Below are positions 50,761 through 64,000 of a stretch of DNA of 64,000 nucleotides, piece by piece. A model generated the notes under the pieces. The model was not told the origin of the DNA. It did no database searches and was given only the letters and a program-made list of their open reading frames with translations. The position numbers were made by a program, and so were the translations under genes. Source of the DNA: Octopus bimaculoides (lineage: Eukaryota); NCBI RefSeq assembly GCF_001194135.2, contig NC_068982.1:70109244-70173243 (forward strand). The letters are read 5' to 3'. Positions within the stretch are counted from its first letter, which is position 1, and each line of letters begins with the position of its first letter.

Positions 50761-52764
50761 CAAACCAAATAGCATCCTTACTACTTTGATGTGTATGTTC
50801 TATTTGTGTTTTTACTTTAAAATTTATTCCTAAAAAAGATACGTATTTTAAAAACACATAAATTCTTTTCCTTTTAAAACAATCCTAAAAGGCACACACA
50901 CACACACACACACACCTGTGTGTTGTTATTTGCAATATTAACAACACTTGGCTATAATTAGCAACACAGATGTCACATATTTTGCACAATGAAATAAAAC
51001 CACCTTCGCTCTCTGTTATTGTATATATTGGGAAGAAAAGAATGTTTTGTGTGCAGTTACCTTGAAAGCTATAAATATACACATAAAAGATTTCGTGATG
51101 AAAACAATGAAAATGAGAATATGTTAATATTGAACTACTTTCCAAATTTCTGGTTTATATTTTAGATGTTAACTTGCAAAAGATAAGTTTCTTGGTTCTT
51201 TTTCCCCTTTGACTTTCTAAATAAAGATATGTTACTGTATAAGTGTACCAACCATATGACTAGAAATTCTTTCAAGCGATTAAGTAATCAAAATATATTT
51301 TTGTTTTTCTAAAAATGGATTGAATAGAGACAATTTTCTGACACATTCAAGCATCGAAGATTTCTGTGTCCTACAATTTAACCCTTTTGATACCAATCTG
51401 CCTGAAACTGTCTATTTCTGTGATACAAATTTCTTGTTTTGAAGTAATCACAATTAAAATCTTCAATCAAAATTTCATGTAAATTAATGTTTCAAACACT
51501 AGCTTAAGTTACTTTACTAATTATACAATATTCTGACTCATGCAAGCACCGGTAAATGGACATTAAAATAATGATGAGGAGGAAGATAAGGGTGATAAAG
51601 ATGATGAGAACGGTAATGTTGATGATGACAAAGATCATGACAATGTCAGTAACAACAACAAATTTAATAAAGATAACTGATTTTGATTCATAGTCTCAAA
51701 CAAGCTGAAATATTAGCACAAAATAGTTCCCATTTTAGCAAAAACCTTAAGCCACACAAAATAGACATGAAACACTAAACATTAAAGACTACCCTCAGTA
51801 CTTTTTATGTTGTTTCCTATAAAACAAAGTGGGAAAATAGTCAATAGCTGTCTCTATGTTCACGTTTTACTAAACACTATTTTTGTTTGGAACATAAATC
51901 AACATGAAATTTTGATTAAAGATTTCAATTTCAAGGGGTGGGGTGCATCAAAGGTGATGAGAGGGGGAGAGATAAGTGGATTGAGGGTGCCTGGATGGTG
52001 GAGATACAAGACAACCAGCTCTGAAGAAAAGATACCATTGTATTAGCAATAGAAAAGTCAGAAAGGTGACAGTATGTTGTGGGTCAGGGGCTGGAGTGTG
52101 TTGGGATAATGGCAGTTACACTCAGGTGACATCAGTTTCATTTTTACTGAGCTCTCACTTTAATATTTGTTTTGCATCATCAGCATTGTTGTTGTTTTAA
52201 CGTCAAATTGCATGGGTCAGACAAATTGCTTGCACGAGTCAGACAGAATTTGAGACATGATTTTCTCCAACCATCATCTGTAATCAAGTAGATATTCTTT
52301 TCATAATTGCATGTTCTTGAAGAGCAACACTGAATGGAATCAACTTTATTTCAGCTATTAGAATATAAATAGGCCGATTCAATCAATTCTTGTCACAAAG
52401 GTTTGATTGATGAAGATTAAGAAATGAAAAAGAAGACGAAACTGTCAATATTTTTACATTCATTGATAATATTATGACCATATTGCATTTCTAGATCTAT
52501 AACTATTGATAGCTCTAGGAAAGTACATTATCAAGTTTTAAACATCACAATTCATTTATTTTCTCTTTCTTAAAGGAAATAGTTGTGATATTCAGGCCTT
52601 TCTTAAGGATGTTACAAAAAGTATCCAGTATATACTGTAAAGTTAACAAATCAAGCAGCAATAATGCAGGGTTGAGAGGATGTTTTTGCCTTACCAAGGC
52701 TATACAGTGCAGATTTCAAGAAAAATGCACCCATCGTACATTTTGTAAAATGGTAAGTAGTGAA

Positions 52765-53073
52765 GGTGAGTGGCTTAGTGGTTAGGGTATTCAGCTTACA
52801 ATCACAAGGTCATGAGTTCAATTCCCAGCGACATGTGTCCTTGAGCAAGACACTTTATTTTATGTTACTCCAGTCTACTCAGCTGACAAAAATGAGTAGT
52901 AGCTGTCTTTCAAAGGGCTGGCTTTGTCACACTTTGTGTCACGCTGAATCTCTCTGAGAACTACATTAAGGGTACGCATGTCTGTGGAGTGCTCAGCCAC
53001 ATGCATGCTAATTTCACAAGTAGGCTGTTCTGTTGATCATATCGACTGGAACCCTCATCATAACCGACAGAGT
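52765..53073 (+). mobile_element. tRNA-derived SINE family 5
   Basis: A box tggcttagtgg, B box gagttcaattccc, middle tgtgtccttgagcaagacac, 3' part shared with 61316-61692. Confidence 0.85.
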
Positions 53074-55769
53074 ACAGTGCAATTAAAGTTGTAAGTACCA
53101 GGAAGGGTATCCAATCATGAAAGCCATACTAAACTGAGAAATTACAAGATGCAATCCTCCAACCTTTAGTATCAAGCTGATGTGTGGAAAGCAGACAGGT
53201 AGCAGTGGTGCACATGATAATGATTGCTAACATTAAGAAAAAGTGAAGTGATTCAATCAGATATTGAAATAGAGTTACAAACTGTTTACCAAGAAACTAT
53301 TAACACATTTAAAGTTATTCATCCATGACAGTACAGTCATTTTGTTAAAATATAAAAAAAAAGAGTGCAAGCAACAAATTCTTATTTTCCATTTCAAAAG
53401 AAGGATTATTGTTAAAAAGTGATAACAATTCACCTTACCATTTCAATCAACTGTTATAATTTATCAGCAATGCTTATAGATAATGACAAAGCTAATATGA
53501 GTATCTTTCTATATAGAAGTTAATTTGTTTGTTGTGTAATTCATACAGTCAACAAAATATCTCCCATAATAATACTTATAATCTAATGCAAGTGATTACC
53601 AAATGTTTCGATTTTATGGAACACACATATTGGTTTCCAATTTAGATACAAAGCCAGCAATAATTTTGAAGGGAGGAAATGTTTCATTGGTATCATTGTC
53701 CCCAGTACCTGGCTGATATTTTATATAATTGACCCTGAAAGGATGAAAGAGAAGTTGACCTTAGTGGGAACTGAACTCAGGCAATAAAAGCTGGAAGAAA
53801 TACCCCATGCTCTAAAGATCCTGTCAACTGGCCATCTTGCAACGTGCACAATAATGATAATATTGTAACACACTTACATGTGCCTAGCAGCAAAAACAAA
53901 GTTTTGCTACTTTTCAATACAAAATACATACATACATACATACATACATACAAACAGGTCTCTGTGTGTACACACACACTATGTGGAGATATTTCTTTCC
54001 ATATATATATATATATATATATATATCTGTGTGTGTTTATATAATTATGGCTATATTAAGAAAATGTTAGAACTTCTAAACTTTCAATTAATTGAATTGA
54101 AGGATTCTTTTTTTTTTTTTTTCTTTTTCATTTTTCCATTCTTGGAAATTTCTTTTAAATGAAACTACTTGAATAGATATTACAATATACTTGAGACAAG
54201 CAAAAAGTCAATTCCTCTTCAAGACAGAAGTATTTCCGTTTTTATATATATTTTTGTAATCTATTTAATGCTGTTAAATATTGGAAATTGAAATTCACAA
54301 GTTGTGGAAAATTACATGAAAATTAAAACAAAATTTTGACTCATCTTGAAAAGAAATTCAAAATGTGTTAAAGGAAGACAGGTGTTTCAGCACATTTCAT
54401 CTTGGTGTTACTTAAAATGGCTGTTCAATGTGTTTTTTTGTTTTTTAATTGCTATAAAACTAACATCAGGCAACTTCTTATTCTATTCAAACTTTGATAG
54501 TTTGCAATGAAAAAGAATGCTTGGATGTTGTTAATGTGATAGGTTTAAATTCTCTCTGTTATTTTACGAAGCTATTTTCACAAAATTTACCCGTCATAAT
54601 TTAATACAGATTCCATTTATGCCACCATTAACTTTCCAGTAACACTTGTACAGCACTTGGAGCATGTCTGTTACTATAGCCCCAGACCAACCAAAGCCTT
54701 GTGAACAGATTTGATCAATGGAAACTGAAAAAAAGCCCAATGTGTGTAGTAGGGGGGGGGGCCTTCCCTTGAGATCATGTGATTGTTAGAAATGAATGTC
54801 ATTCATTTCCAATATTCTGTGAAAACATGTCTGACCATGGGGGAAATATTGCCTTGCTTGGAAACAGATGAGGGTTGGTAACAGAAAGGGTGTCCAACCA
54901 AAGAAAATCTGCTTCAATAAGCTCTGTCCAACCCATGCAACCATAGAAAAGCGGATGATAAAATGATGATGATGATGATGATAATGAATCTGACAATGTA
55001 GAAAACAACAGGTATCATCTCCAGATTCTGAGACATTAACAACGAAACAATCCATGCCAATATCAACATATTACCTCCTTAGAAGTCCTAATTTTTCTAA
55101 ATAGTCAACCATTTCAACCTCTGAGGTGTTCTTGAAATAGTCTTCTATATGAAAAATGTGTTTTTTCTTTAAATGTATTCTAATCAATTTGTAAAACATA
55201 ATTCAATTTCTCTATTTCCAAATGCCCCTTAATGGTAGAAGATTCTTCAATTATTTTTTGAATCATGTTATTGGAACAGTGGAATTCCGGTAACATTTTG
55301 TTGAGCTTCACTCCCAAACATTGTTCTAACAATCAAATGGAGTGCTTGCAAAACATGTGACTCACTTCCATCTGCTTTGCAGCAAATCAAATTTCCTAGA
55401 AAAAGCAATCTAAACATTATTCCACCCTTTACTCTTCAGAATGATAGAATCTTAGTAGTATATGAACAACAACAACACTCAAAGACAGGAAGGGTAATCT
55501 TTATTGATAGAACAAATAAACCCAAAACATAAATATCTTTTATGCTGCAGAATGGTGGTACATTTAATCTTAAACTAAGCTCACTTGATAGGATTTTGAC
55601 AAAAGGACAAGTAATTACTAATGTTACTTGGATGTTTATATATCCTGGAAATTAAATCTAGCACGTTTTAAATAAGGGTTATCTATTTACACAAAAACAT
55701 AAGTTACACAACTAGCACATTACACAGATGAAAAATTCAGAACAAGATTTAAAAAAAAACTTTCTTTGA

Positions 55770-56335
55770 CTTAAAAGCACCCAGTCCACACTGTAAATTG
55801 ATTGGTATTCAGAAGGGCATCCAACAGTAAAAACTTTGCCAAAATTGACCTCGCCAGTGCTTGTGCTATGTAAAAAGCACTAAGTTCACTCTGCTGAGTG
55901 GTTGGTGTTAGGAAGGTTATCCAGCTGTAAAAATCCCACCAAAACAGTCGCAGAAGCTTCGTGCAGGCTTCTGCCTGGCCAGCTCTTGTGAAAAACCATC
56001 CCACCCATGCTAGCATGGAAGGCAGATGTTAAATGATGATGATGATAAAAAGATATAACTTAGATGTTAGACACATATTATTGTCAATAACAAAAGGGTA
56101 TTTGAGTCCTAATATTTGAATCCTCATCATCAACATTATTGTTTAATGTCCGTTTCCATGCTGGCATGAGTTGGATGGTTTGAAGCAGATGACAAGCCAA
56201 GCCAGAGGACTGCACAAAGCAGCAATGTCTGCTTTGGTATAGTTTTTACGGCTGGAAGCCCTACTTAATACCAACCACTTCACAAAGTATACTGGGTGCT
56301 TTTTATATGTCACCAGCACTAGTGATGTCAGCAAG
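55770..56335. mobile_element. Tail-to-tail pair of family 3-related elements (55770-56045 plus, 56125-56335 minus)
   Basis: Both carry catgct(a/g)gcatgg, (GAT)n tails and the aagcacc...ggaagggcatccagc module. Confidence 0.7.
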
Positions 56336-59300
56336 TAACCTCAAAGACAGGCCTCTTCACCTGAATGGGCAGGGAGTAGTGTTGAGGGAGGTGGCTTTGT
56401 GCCAGATGATGAGAAGTTTAAGCATAATAAAGGGACAGAGACAGGTGTCTTGCAGTAAAAGAAATACATGGCTACTCCAGTTGGAAAAGGAGAGAAAAGA
56501 AGATTGTGAAGAAGTGTCACAGTGTACCCTCAAGTTACAAAGAAATGAACACACGATGGGGTGCAGAAAAGTCCATGGCTTTGAGAACAAGAAAATACAG
56601 AAGGATGATTTTATTCAACACATTCCCCTCTCAGATTCACACACTTATTGCAACAGTCCTTCAGTTTTTCTAAGCCCTGTAAAACAACTCGAAGAGTTGG
56701 GCCTCCAGCCTGGCCTTTTGCAGAACCCTTAAAACTAGAAACTTTTCAGTACCCCTTCATAACAGAAGTAGTCTAGAGGATTGGATAGAATGAATGGATA
56801 GAGGTACTTTTATTTATTTATTTAGGTGTTGTTCTGAGGGGTTCAAGCTTAGCCGAAACTGCACTGTTCTCACACACACTAAAGCCATATTGGTTACAAA
56901 AACAAAAAACAATACAAATTTTTTTCTTTTTCTTTCCCTTTTACAGATTCAAGCTTGTTAAGTTGTAATGAAAACAAGTTTGTTCTGGATGTAGCAAGAT
57001 CTAGAGTATGTTGTTAGTCAATAGGGGAGTAACAGTGACCCTGACCTTTGCAGACTCTCCCACATTGATAAGACTGATGTTCAGCATCAAAATATGTAAT
57101 ACTATACAGGAGGGTGCAGTAGTTCGCAGTTATAAACACCAACATTTTTACACTATTTTCTTTATAACAGCAGGGATGGACATGCATGAAGATGATTCTA
57201 GGTCTTTTCATTATAATTCTTTAAAGTCAATCATGACAACGTTGTTCTTTTTGAGTGAAGTGGCATGGTCTAGTGGCTAGGGTATTACACTCATGATCAC
57301 AAGATTGTAGTTTCAATTCCCAGACAAGCAGTGCATTGTGTCGAAATTGCTCCAGTCCAATCACCTACAAATGAATAACCCTGTGACAAACAAGTACCTC
57401 ATTCAGGGGAAATATTGTTATCTCAGTCACTTATACATCACAGAAACCAAATAACTGGCATAATGATTTCTAGGACTTAAAAGACAATAATACCCAAGGG
57501 TTGATGATAATTTTTTTTCTGTCTCTATCAAATTAGCAATTAACATTTAAATGCTCTTCCCTTAAATTATAAGTAGCCATTTTTAAAACATAACTACATC
57601 ACCAGTTATCAGTCAAAAGTAATACCAGATTTTTAGTTTAATATTCAGATTTACATTGCTTCTTTTCCTTCTTTGTTTTTATGTCCATTTGTCCATGATA
57701 ACATGGATTAGATAAATATATTATAAAAGGCATATTTTACAGATACCTTTCCTGTTATTAGTTCTCACCTGTTTTGCAAGTATCCCACACATTTTTGAAA
57801 GCACAAAGCCAATGGGAAATGATAGCAATGCCACAGCCCATACCTGAGCATTTTCAGAGACACACAATGTAAACACTCACACACACACCCATGCATACAT
57901 GTGCACACAGATGGACAATGGGATTCTTACAGATTCTTTCTATCAAATCCACTCACAAGGCTTTTGCTAGCCTAGGACTATAGTAGAGGACATTTGCCCA
58001 AGGTTCCACACAGTGGACCTGAACCTGAAACTATGTGGTTGGAAATTCCTTAACCATAAAATCATGCCTGAAGTTATTTACATATTTAGAAAATGACATA
58101 ATCATTTCATCCTTCTACTTAAACCATTTAGATGTTTTCTGCCTCCATTACCCTATCATATTACCAAATATTATTACACAACTACCACTAAACAACATAC
58201 CATTTCAGTAAAAAAAGAAACACTGGAGAAACCCCTCCCCACAAAACCATTGGCTAAATGTCATTCAGCCATTATCCAATTTTACTAACAAGGCTAATAT
58301 TTCATATTAGTTGCACAGGTTTGAACTTGTTAACATCTACAGATCCACACTCAACATTCCTACGTTTTTGCAATGTGTGTACATTACATTTTTTACAAAA
58401 CGAAAACTTGGTTTATAAATCATACTTGTAATCGTGGGAGTGATAAGGAGTTAGTAGCAATGATAGCAATGAAGAAATGAAAATCCCAAGAACTTCAGTA
58501 ATAGTTTCTTATACAGACATGAAGATTTTATGGAAGAAGAAAAACAGGAAACTGTGACATTCATGGTTTCTCAAAGAGCATTAAATAATATACATGTTGT
58601 AAAGTGACTCTAATTAGGAATTAAGACTGCATTTTGGAATCCACCAATAGAAATCTAATGCTTATTATTTAGTAAATCTTTTCAACAGAAAGATTTTTTT
58701 CTCTTTTGCTCCTTGTGCAATTTTTGTTTTAATATCCTTTTCCATTATTGCAATGCTCTAGCATTGTGTTTAAGATGTTTGGCAGTGTATTTAAGACATC
58801 TGCTATTCAACCATGGGATTTGGGTCCAGTCCATCTTCTTGACACCTTGGGTCTTCTATTATAGCCCCCCAAGCCAACCAAATCTTTGGGAGTGGGTTTG
58901 GTAGAAAGAAACTGAAAATCTACCACGTGTGCATGTGTGTGCATGCATAGGTGTGTCTCTCTCCTTGTCTTGACATTGCATGATAGTTGCAAATGAGTGC
59001 AACTGTCATACAATCAATGACATTCATTTCCAATATTCTGTAAAAACACATCAGACCAAGGGGGAAATATTACCTTATTTGGAAATAGGTTAGGGTTGGC
59101 ATTGAGAAGGGCAAACGGCTGTAGGAAATCTGCCTCAATAAACTGCATCCAACCCAAGCAAGCATGAAAACATGGACATATGATGGTGATATATTAAGCT
59201 CAATTATTAGAATAAACTTTATTACAGTTAATGTTTCAAATTTTGGCACAAGGCGAGCAATTTTAGGAAGAGGCAGGACTAGTCGATTACATTGACCCCA

Positions 59301-59899
59301 TTGCTTGACTGTATTTTATATTACTGATCCAGGAGAAATGAAGGGTAAATTTGCCTTTGTGGCAGAATTTGAACTTAGAACATAGAGTTGAATGAAATGC
59401 TGCTCAGCATTTTGTCTGACACTCTAATGACCCTAACTTAGACTTTATTATAACAAGGAAAGCTTGAACAAAAAAATGAGAGAGAGAGCCTAAAGTCAAG
59501 CCTCCCAATTCAAAACCCTTAATCTAGTTCACCAATTTTGTTTTCGTTTTTGTTTGTGTGTATGAAATCATTTATATGAACCTATGATTTATGAAGATAT
59601 ATTTATTTGCAATTTATACTCCTGAATGATTAAACAACTGATTTTGGGAGGCCATATGAAGTTATATGAATGTCAAATATTAACCATAAATCAAAGTTCA
59701 AAAACATGATTCAAAACAATCAGAAATTTGTTTGTAAACAATATTTATGTTACTAAGCAAGAACACAACGAAAGCTCTTGAAAGCTCTCAAGTCAATAAA
59801 ATAGTTACCAACAAAAGACTGATGTCAAGACAATGAACCATACTACCTCTGTTTGTGCAAGTCAAAAATGAAATCAATATGAATTTATATTACTAGGTC

Positions 59900-60960
59900 T
59901 TCTCAAAGTTTTCTAAGATGAGTGGATATAGAACCAGCAAGTTGTATATCAACTCTTCCAAACTATACATCATGCATGACCCACATGTTTTCTTCTCCCA
60001 GCTGTGACACACCTTTAAAACCCAGCACCAAACAGTTAAAACAACCCCTGCTCCATCTTCACTGGTAATTTTGCAGAATGTCTTTTGCAGCCCTCACTGT
60101 CTGCAGCAATCCACTTAGAGAACTTTACATCTAAATACCAACCACATCAATCTCCCTAGTCTTATAAAAGCCCACAAAGATATTATATATATCAGGTTTT
60201 GGGGATAATTTTAAAAAATGCAAGGAGTGTTGACTTTATATTTCAAGCATACAAGTTCATCTCTAAAAACCAAGCCTTAGTCATACTGCAAATATTTCCC
60301 ACAACACAAATACCAAGACTACAGAAACTAGATAAGATCATCCTGTAATATTAAAAAAAAACAGTCCTACTAAGACATCATCCAATAAACCTAATACACT
60401 TCATGCAAAATACTTGGAACTATCACATTGCACCTTTGCATCAACCAATACATATTTAGCCTTTCCACACAAAATTTCTTTACAAATACAGGGTCAAACA
60501 CCATCTAAACTTTTGGTGTCAGTATTCTCTATAACATGGTCAAAGCTAGAAAAAATATTTCAGCCTTGATCAAGAGTTGACCTACAACAATCAAACAGGA
60601 CTCACACTGGAGCACTTGTCACATATCTGGGCCAGTGCTGCTACTGTTAAATATATAAACATCCCAGATTATTTTCAAAAAGAGGTCCAATTTGCCATTT
60701 AACAAAGACTTGTCCACTAATAGGCTGCATCTATTGGCATACACAAAAACTCTTCTCTGCATCTTCTACAATGGGGGATGCTTTTCCTCCCTGAAGTTAT
60801 GTACCACTTCCCACTGGCCCACAAATATACTTATCTATCTTATCCCTGCTGTGTCTCCCCACCCCTGCAAACTAACACTAAACACTTTACCTAGTCATTA
60901 CTTCCCAGAGCTGCAACACTGCAGAATTCCCTTCTCCTTACATTTAATCAACAAGCATCA
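59900..60960 (+). mobile_element. Degenerate CR1/L2/Jockey-type LINE 3' region
   Basis: C/A-rich stretch containing LEHLSHIWASAAT (about 60608-60646; cf. LEYCSHVW after the RT domain); heavily mutated. Confidence 0.45.
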
Positions 60961-61315
60961 ACCCAAACAACAGAAGTTCAATCTAAACATCAATCTTATT
61001 GGTTTAATCAATGTGGGGAGGGGGTGGGATATAATTGAGCCACCTAGATCGATAATTTCTTAAATAGAGGCTCCACAAGAATTTATATGACACCTACTTC
61101 CTTCTTTATATAAGAACTCAATAACAAAAACAATGTTTTGGAAAGGAGCAAGATGAAAATGATTCACTGGATGTGGAATGTTAATCTGCATGAATGATGA
61201 GGCACAGATGATTTGAGAGAAAAACTGGGCACAAGAAGAATCAGATACAGTGTGCATGAAAGATGACTGAGCTGATACAGACATATAATGCATATGGACG
61301 ATGGTTGATGGGTTG

Positions 61316-61692
61316 TTGTTGTTGGCACTCCATCGCTTACAACACCGAGGGTTCCAATTGATCCAATCAACGGAACAGCCTGCTCGTGAAATTAACATGC
61401 AAGTGGCTGAGCACTCCACAGACACGTGTACCCTTAACGTAGTTCTTGGGGATATTCAGCGTGACACAGTGTGACAAGGCTGGCCCTTTGAAATACAGAT
61501 ACAACAGAAACAGGAAGAAAGAGTGAGAGAAAGCTGTGGTGAAAGAGTACAGCAAGGTTCAACACCATCCACTGCCGGAGCCTTGTGGAGCTTTAGGTGT
61601 TTTCGCTCAATAAACACTCACAATGCCCGATCTCGAAACCGCGATCCTATGAACGCGAGTCCGCTGCCCTAACCACTGGGCCATTGCGCCTC
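61316..61692 (-). mobile_element. Young tRNA-derived SINE family 6
   Basis: Reverse complement ggcgcaatggcccagtggttagggcagcggactcgcg...ggtttcgagatc (A/B boxes); 3' body shared with family 5; (CAA)n tail; CpG-rich. Confidence 0.88.
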
Positions 61693-62183
61693 CACGGTTG
61701 ATGGGTAAAGAACAGCTAACAGACTCTTGTGGAAGGAACCAATGGAATAATAAGATTAAAAAAACATGGACAGAAGTAGTGAAGACTGATATCAGGCTGT
61801 TGAACCTCATAAAGGAGAAGATAAAGGAATGCAACAGAGTGAACAGATGCTGTGTTGGAAAGGACACATCCAAACTCATTCAAGCAGGGAAAAACAAACA
61901 TAAAAATGATAACATATGGGAGTTAAGTATTTTAACGTTTAAACATCTCATACCTTAATTTATGACAAATGGTCGTCACCTTTGCTAATTTTTTCAAGTT
62001 TGACATCTGCAAGCTGATATTTAATCCAGTTCCACATGTAAGTGCTTAAAGGACTACAGAGCAGGGTGACAGGACTAAGCACTGAATCAATTGTCTTAAC
62101 ACTACCAGGTTTCAATTTGATGCAGCCAAATTAAAAATTTAGCTATTTAACTAGAAGAAACAAGCAGCTGAATGGGCAAAGAT

Positions 62184-62311
<128 letters not shown>

Positions 62312-62559
62312 ATTTATTGTGTATAAATTGTGGGTGTATGTATTTACTATGATAAGGTTTTGATTTATCAAATTAATTTATTGTTTTTATTTTGTATTTC
62401 TTGTAATCTGGGTCAACATAAGATAAAAACAAACAAAACTCCAAGGTCATTTGCTTTTTTTTCCCTGACATTGTAAATATTCCTATCAGAATTTTGGGAG
62501 ATAAGAAGTCGTTCCTAAATGAGATATATGAAATTTCTCAATGTCAAAATGACAAAGAA

Positions 62560-63010
62560 ATTCAATTCACTAAAGAGGGTGTATGCATAAGTGAAATATA
62601 TGTGTTGGCTATGATGTTTCATGCAAGCTGTAGTATACATGTTTTAAATGGTATAGGATTTATGGAGAGTACAGAAATGGTGTATATTAATGTATGATGA
62701 CATGTGCATGGAGAGAAGATATATTGATATGTGGTGACATGTATGGAGATGGTATATACTGATATGTGATGTGATGATATGTATCAATATGTGATGCACA
62801 TCAACAGTCAACATGTGATGAAATGGATATGTGATGATGTGTATGGGGAGAATATGTATCGATGTGTAATAATGTATAGGGAGAGGATATATATTAATAT
62901 GTGATAAAGCATATGTCAATGTATGAGATAGTGTACATTAACATGTACATGATGTATATATCGATATGTGATGATGAATATGGAAACGTATATACTAATG
63001 TTTGATTAAG
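62560..63010. repeat. Diverged ATGTGATGATATGT-type low-complexity tandem repeat
   Basis: Recurring gatatgtgatg / atgtat motifs; near absence of C on plus. Confidence 0.7.
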
Positions 63011-63516
63011 TATACAGAAATTTTTGAAGGGTTTATTGCTATTTTATGATGTGCAATAATGTTTGTCTGGTCAATGCGCAGGAATTTAACTTAAAACTGA
63101 TCTTCCCAAAACTAGAATAACTCATGATGAAAGTTCCCTGTATTCCAAGATATACTTAAACCTACAGTACTTAAATCCATAGTTTTACAAACAGTTCAAT
63201 TAATGATGGACATCTTCTGTATTCCATGATATACCTAGACCTACAGTACTGATATCCATTGTTTTATAAGCATTTCAACTAAATATTGTTATACAATTCA
63301 CTACTTTTTTTTTGTTAAATATGTCATTGTATTTGAATATTAGTTAAAGCAGTGTCAAACATAATGCATGGAATTCAGGATAAGCATAATAATAATAGTG
63401 TTCTTTGCTTCAGATCAAGAATGTTATGTAAACACAATTTTATCTAATCAAACAATTATTTTGACGTAATTGTTTGATTAAATAATATCTAATTTACAAA
63501 AAGGAAAAAATGTTCT

Positions 63517-63708
63517 ATTCATGCTGACACCAAAAATTTCTAAAACAGGCTGAAATGAACATCATTTTAATGTCCACTTTTCCATGGATCAGATGGAATT
63601 TATTGAGGCAGGTTATGCATCTGATCTGTGGAAGCATGGACAAGTGGTTGTTAAGACAATGATATTTCTATTTCAGCTGTTTTAGAAATTTTCAGTGTTA
63701 GCATGAAT
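63517..63708. repeat. Fold-back inverted repeat, about 190 bp
   Basis: Left arm attcatgctgacaccaaaaatttctaaaacaggctgaaat pairs with right arm atttcagctgttttagaaattttcagtgttagcatgaat; inner gatcagatg / catctgatc. Confidence 0.85.
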
Positions 63709-63776
63709 GGAATTTTTATTTTATTAGATACGGCTAATGAAATATTAAAAAAAAAAAGCAGATGCTATAATGTTAC

Positions 63777-63863
63777 CTTTCTTGGCAAGGTGACAGACTT
63801 TCGATCTTCTTTTTGAGACATTGGGCGAGCGGTGGAGCCGGTATTTTTGGTTCTGTTGTTGCA
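63777..63863 (-). CDS. Host gene exon 1 in window (internal exon), probable frame CNNRTKNTGSTARPMSQKEDRKSVTLPRK
   Basis: Strong acceptor tttccttcttttttaaaattttag-type tract, donor AAG|gtaaca; 87 nt. All three frames are open; phase 0 was chosen because it joins exon 2. Confidence 0.75.
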
Positions 63864-64000
63864 CTAAAATTTTAAAAAAGAAAGGAAAGAAAATTAACAA
63901 TACAATTTCAGAAGGAAATGGTTGCTGAGAAATTGAAAATGTTCCTATTAAATCAAACAACTAAGATAGTGTTCTATCCTTAGACAAGACACATTACTCT

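Noticed and set aside
51570-51680. Acidic plus-strand frame DEEEDKGDKDDENG...
   Set aside because: Degenerate GAT/AAC trinucleotide DNA without a start codon or splice sites; similar to 8800-9030.
56307-56732. 141-aa plus-strand ORF
   Set aside because: It starts in a SINE and continues through purine-rich repeat-associated sequence; no recognisable motif.
61620-61692. tRNA gene (also 52765 and 57260)
   Set aside because: A/B boxes are present but no cloverleaf 3' end; each continues into a SINE body with a repeat tail.

Overview
AT-rich, repeat-dense animal genomic DNA. The SINE families look like those of octopus (coleoid cephalopod); this is an inference from recalled repeat sequences. 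The window is mostly intron of one protein-coding gene on the minus strand. I reconstructed it by hand as 10 GT-AG exons (63863 down to 6184) whose splice phases chain in frame into about 514 aa. The product is a Ser/Pro-rich, probably disordered C-terminal region with an exact PLDLS motif, basic clusters and an acidic tract; I cannot name the gene and its 5' part lies beyond the window. The introns hold three decayed D,D34D mariner elements, one maT/DD37D-like element, two R4/Dong-like LINE 3' ends lodged in (TAA)n tracts, older LINE relics, several tRNA-derived SINE families (one in head-to-tail arrays), at least four TTAA-CCC...GGG-TTAA (piggyBac-type) MITE families, a Helentron-type non-autonomous element, minisatellites and hairpins. 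There is no prokaryotic gene, CRISPR array, rRNA or true tRNA gene. The most interesting signals are the unnamed PLDLS gene, the nested transposon chronology, microsatellite-targeted element clusters, a candidate recursive splice site and inverted repeats placed around exons. All coordinates were read by eye; TE boundaries are approximate.
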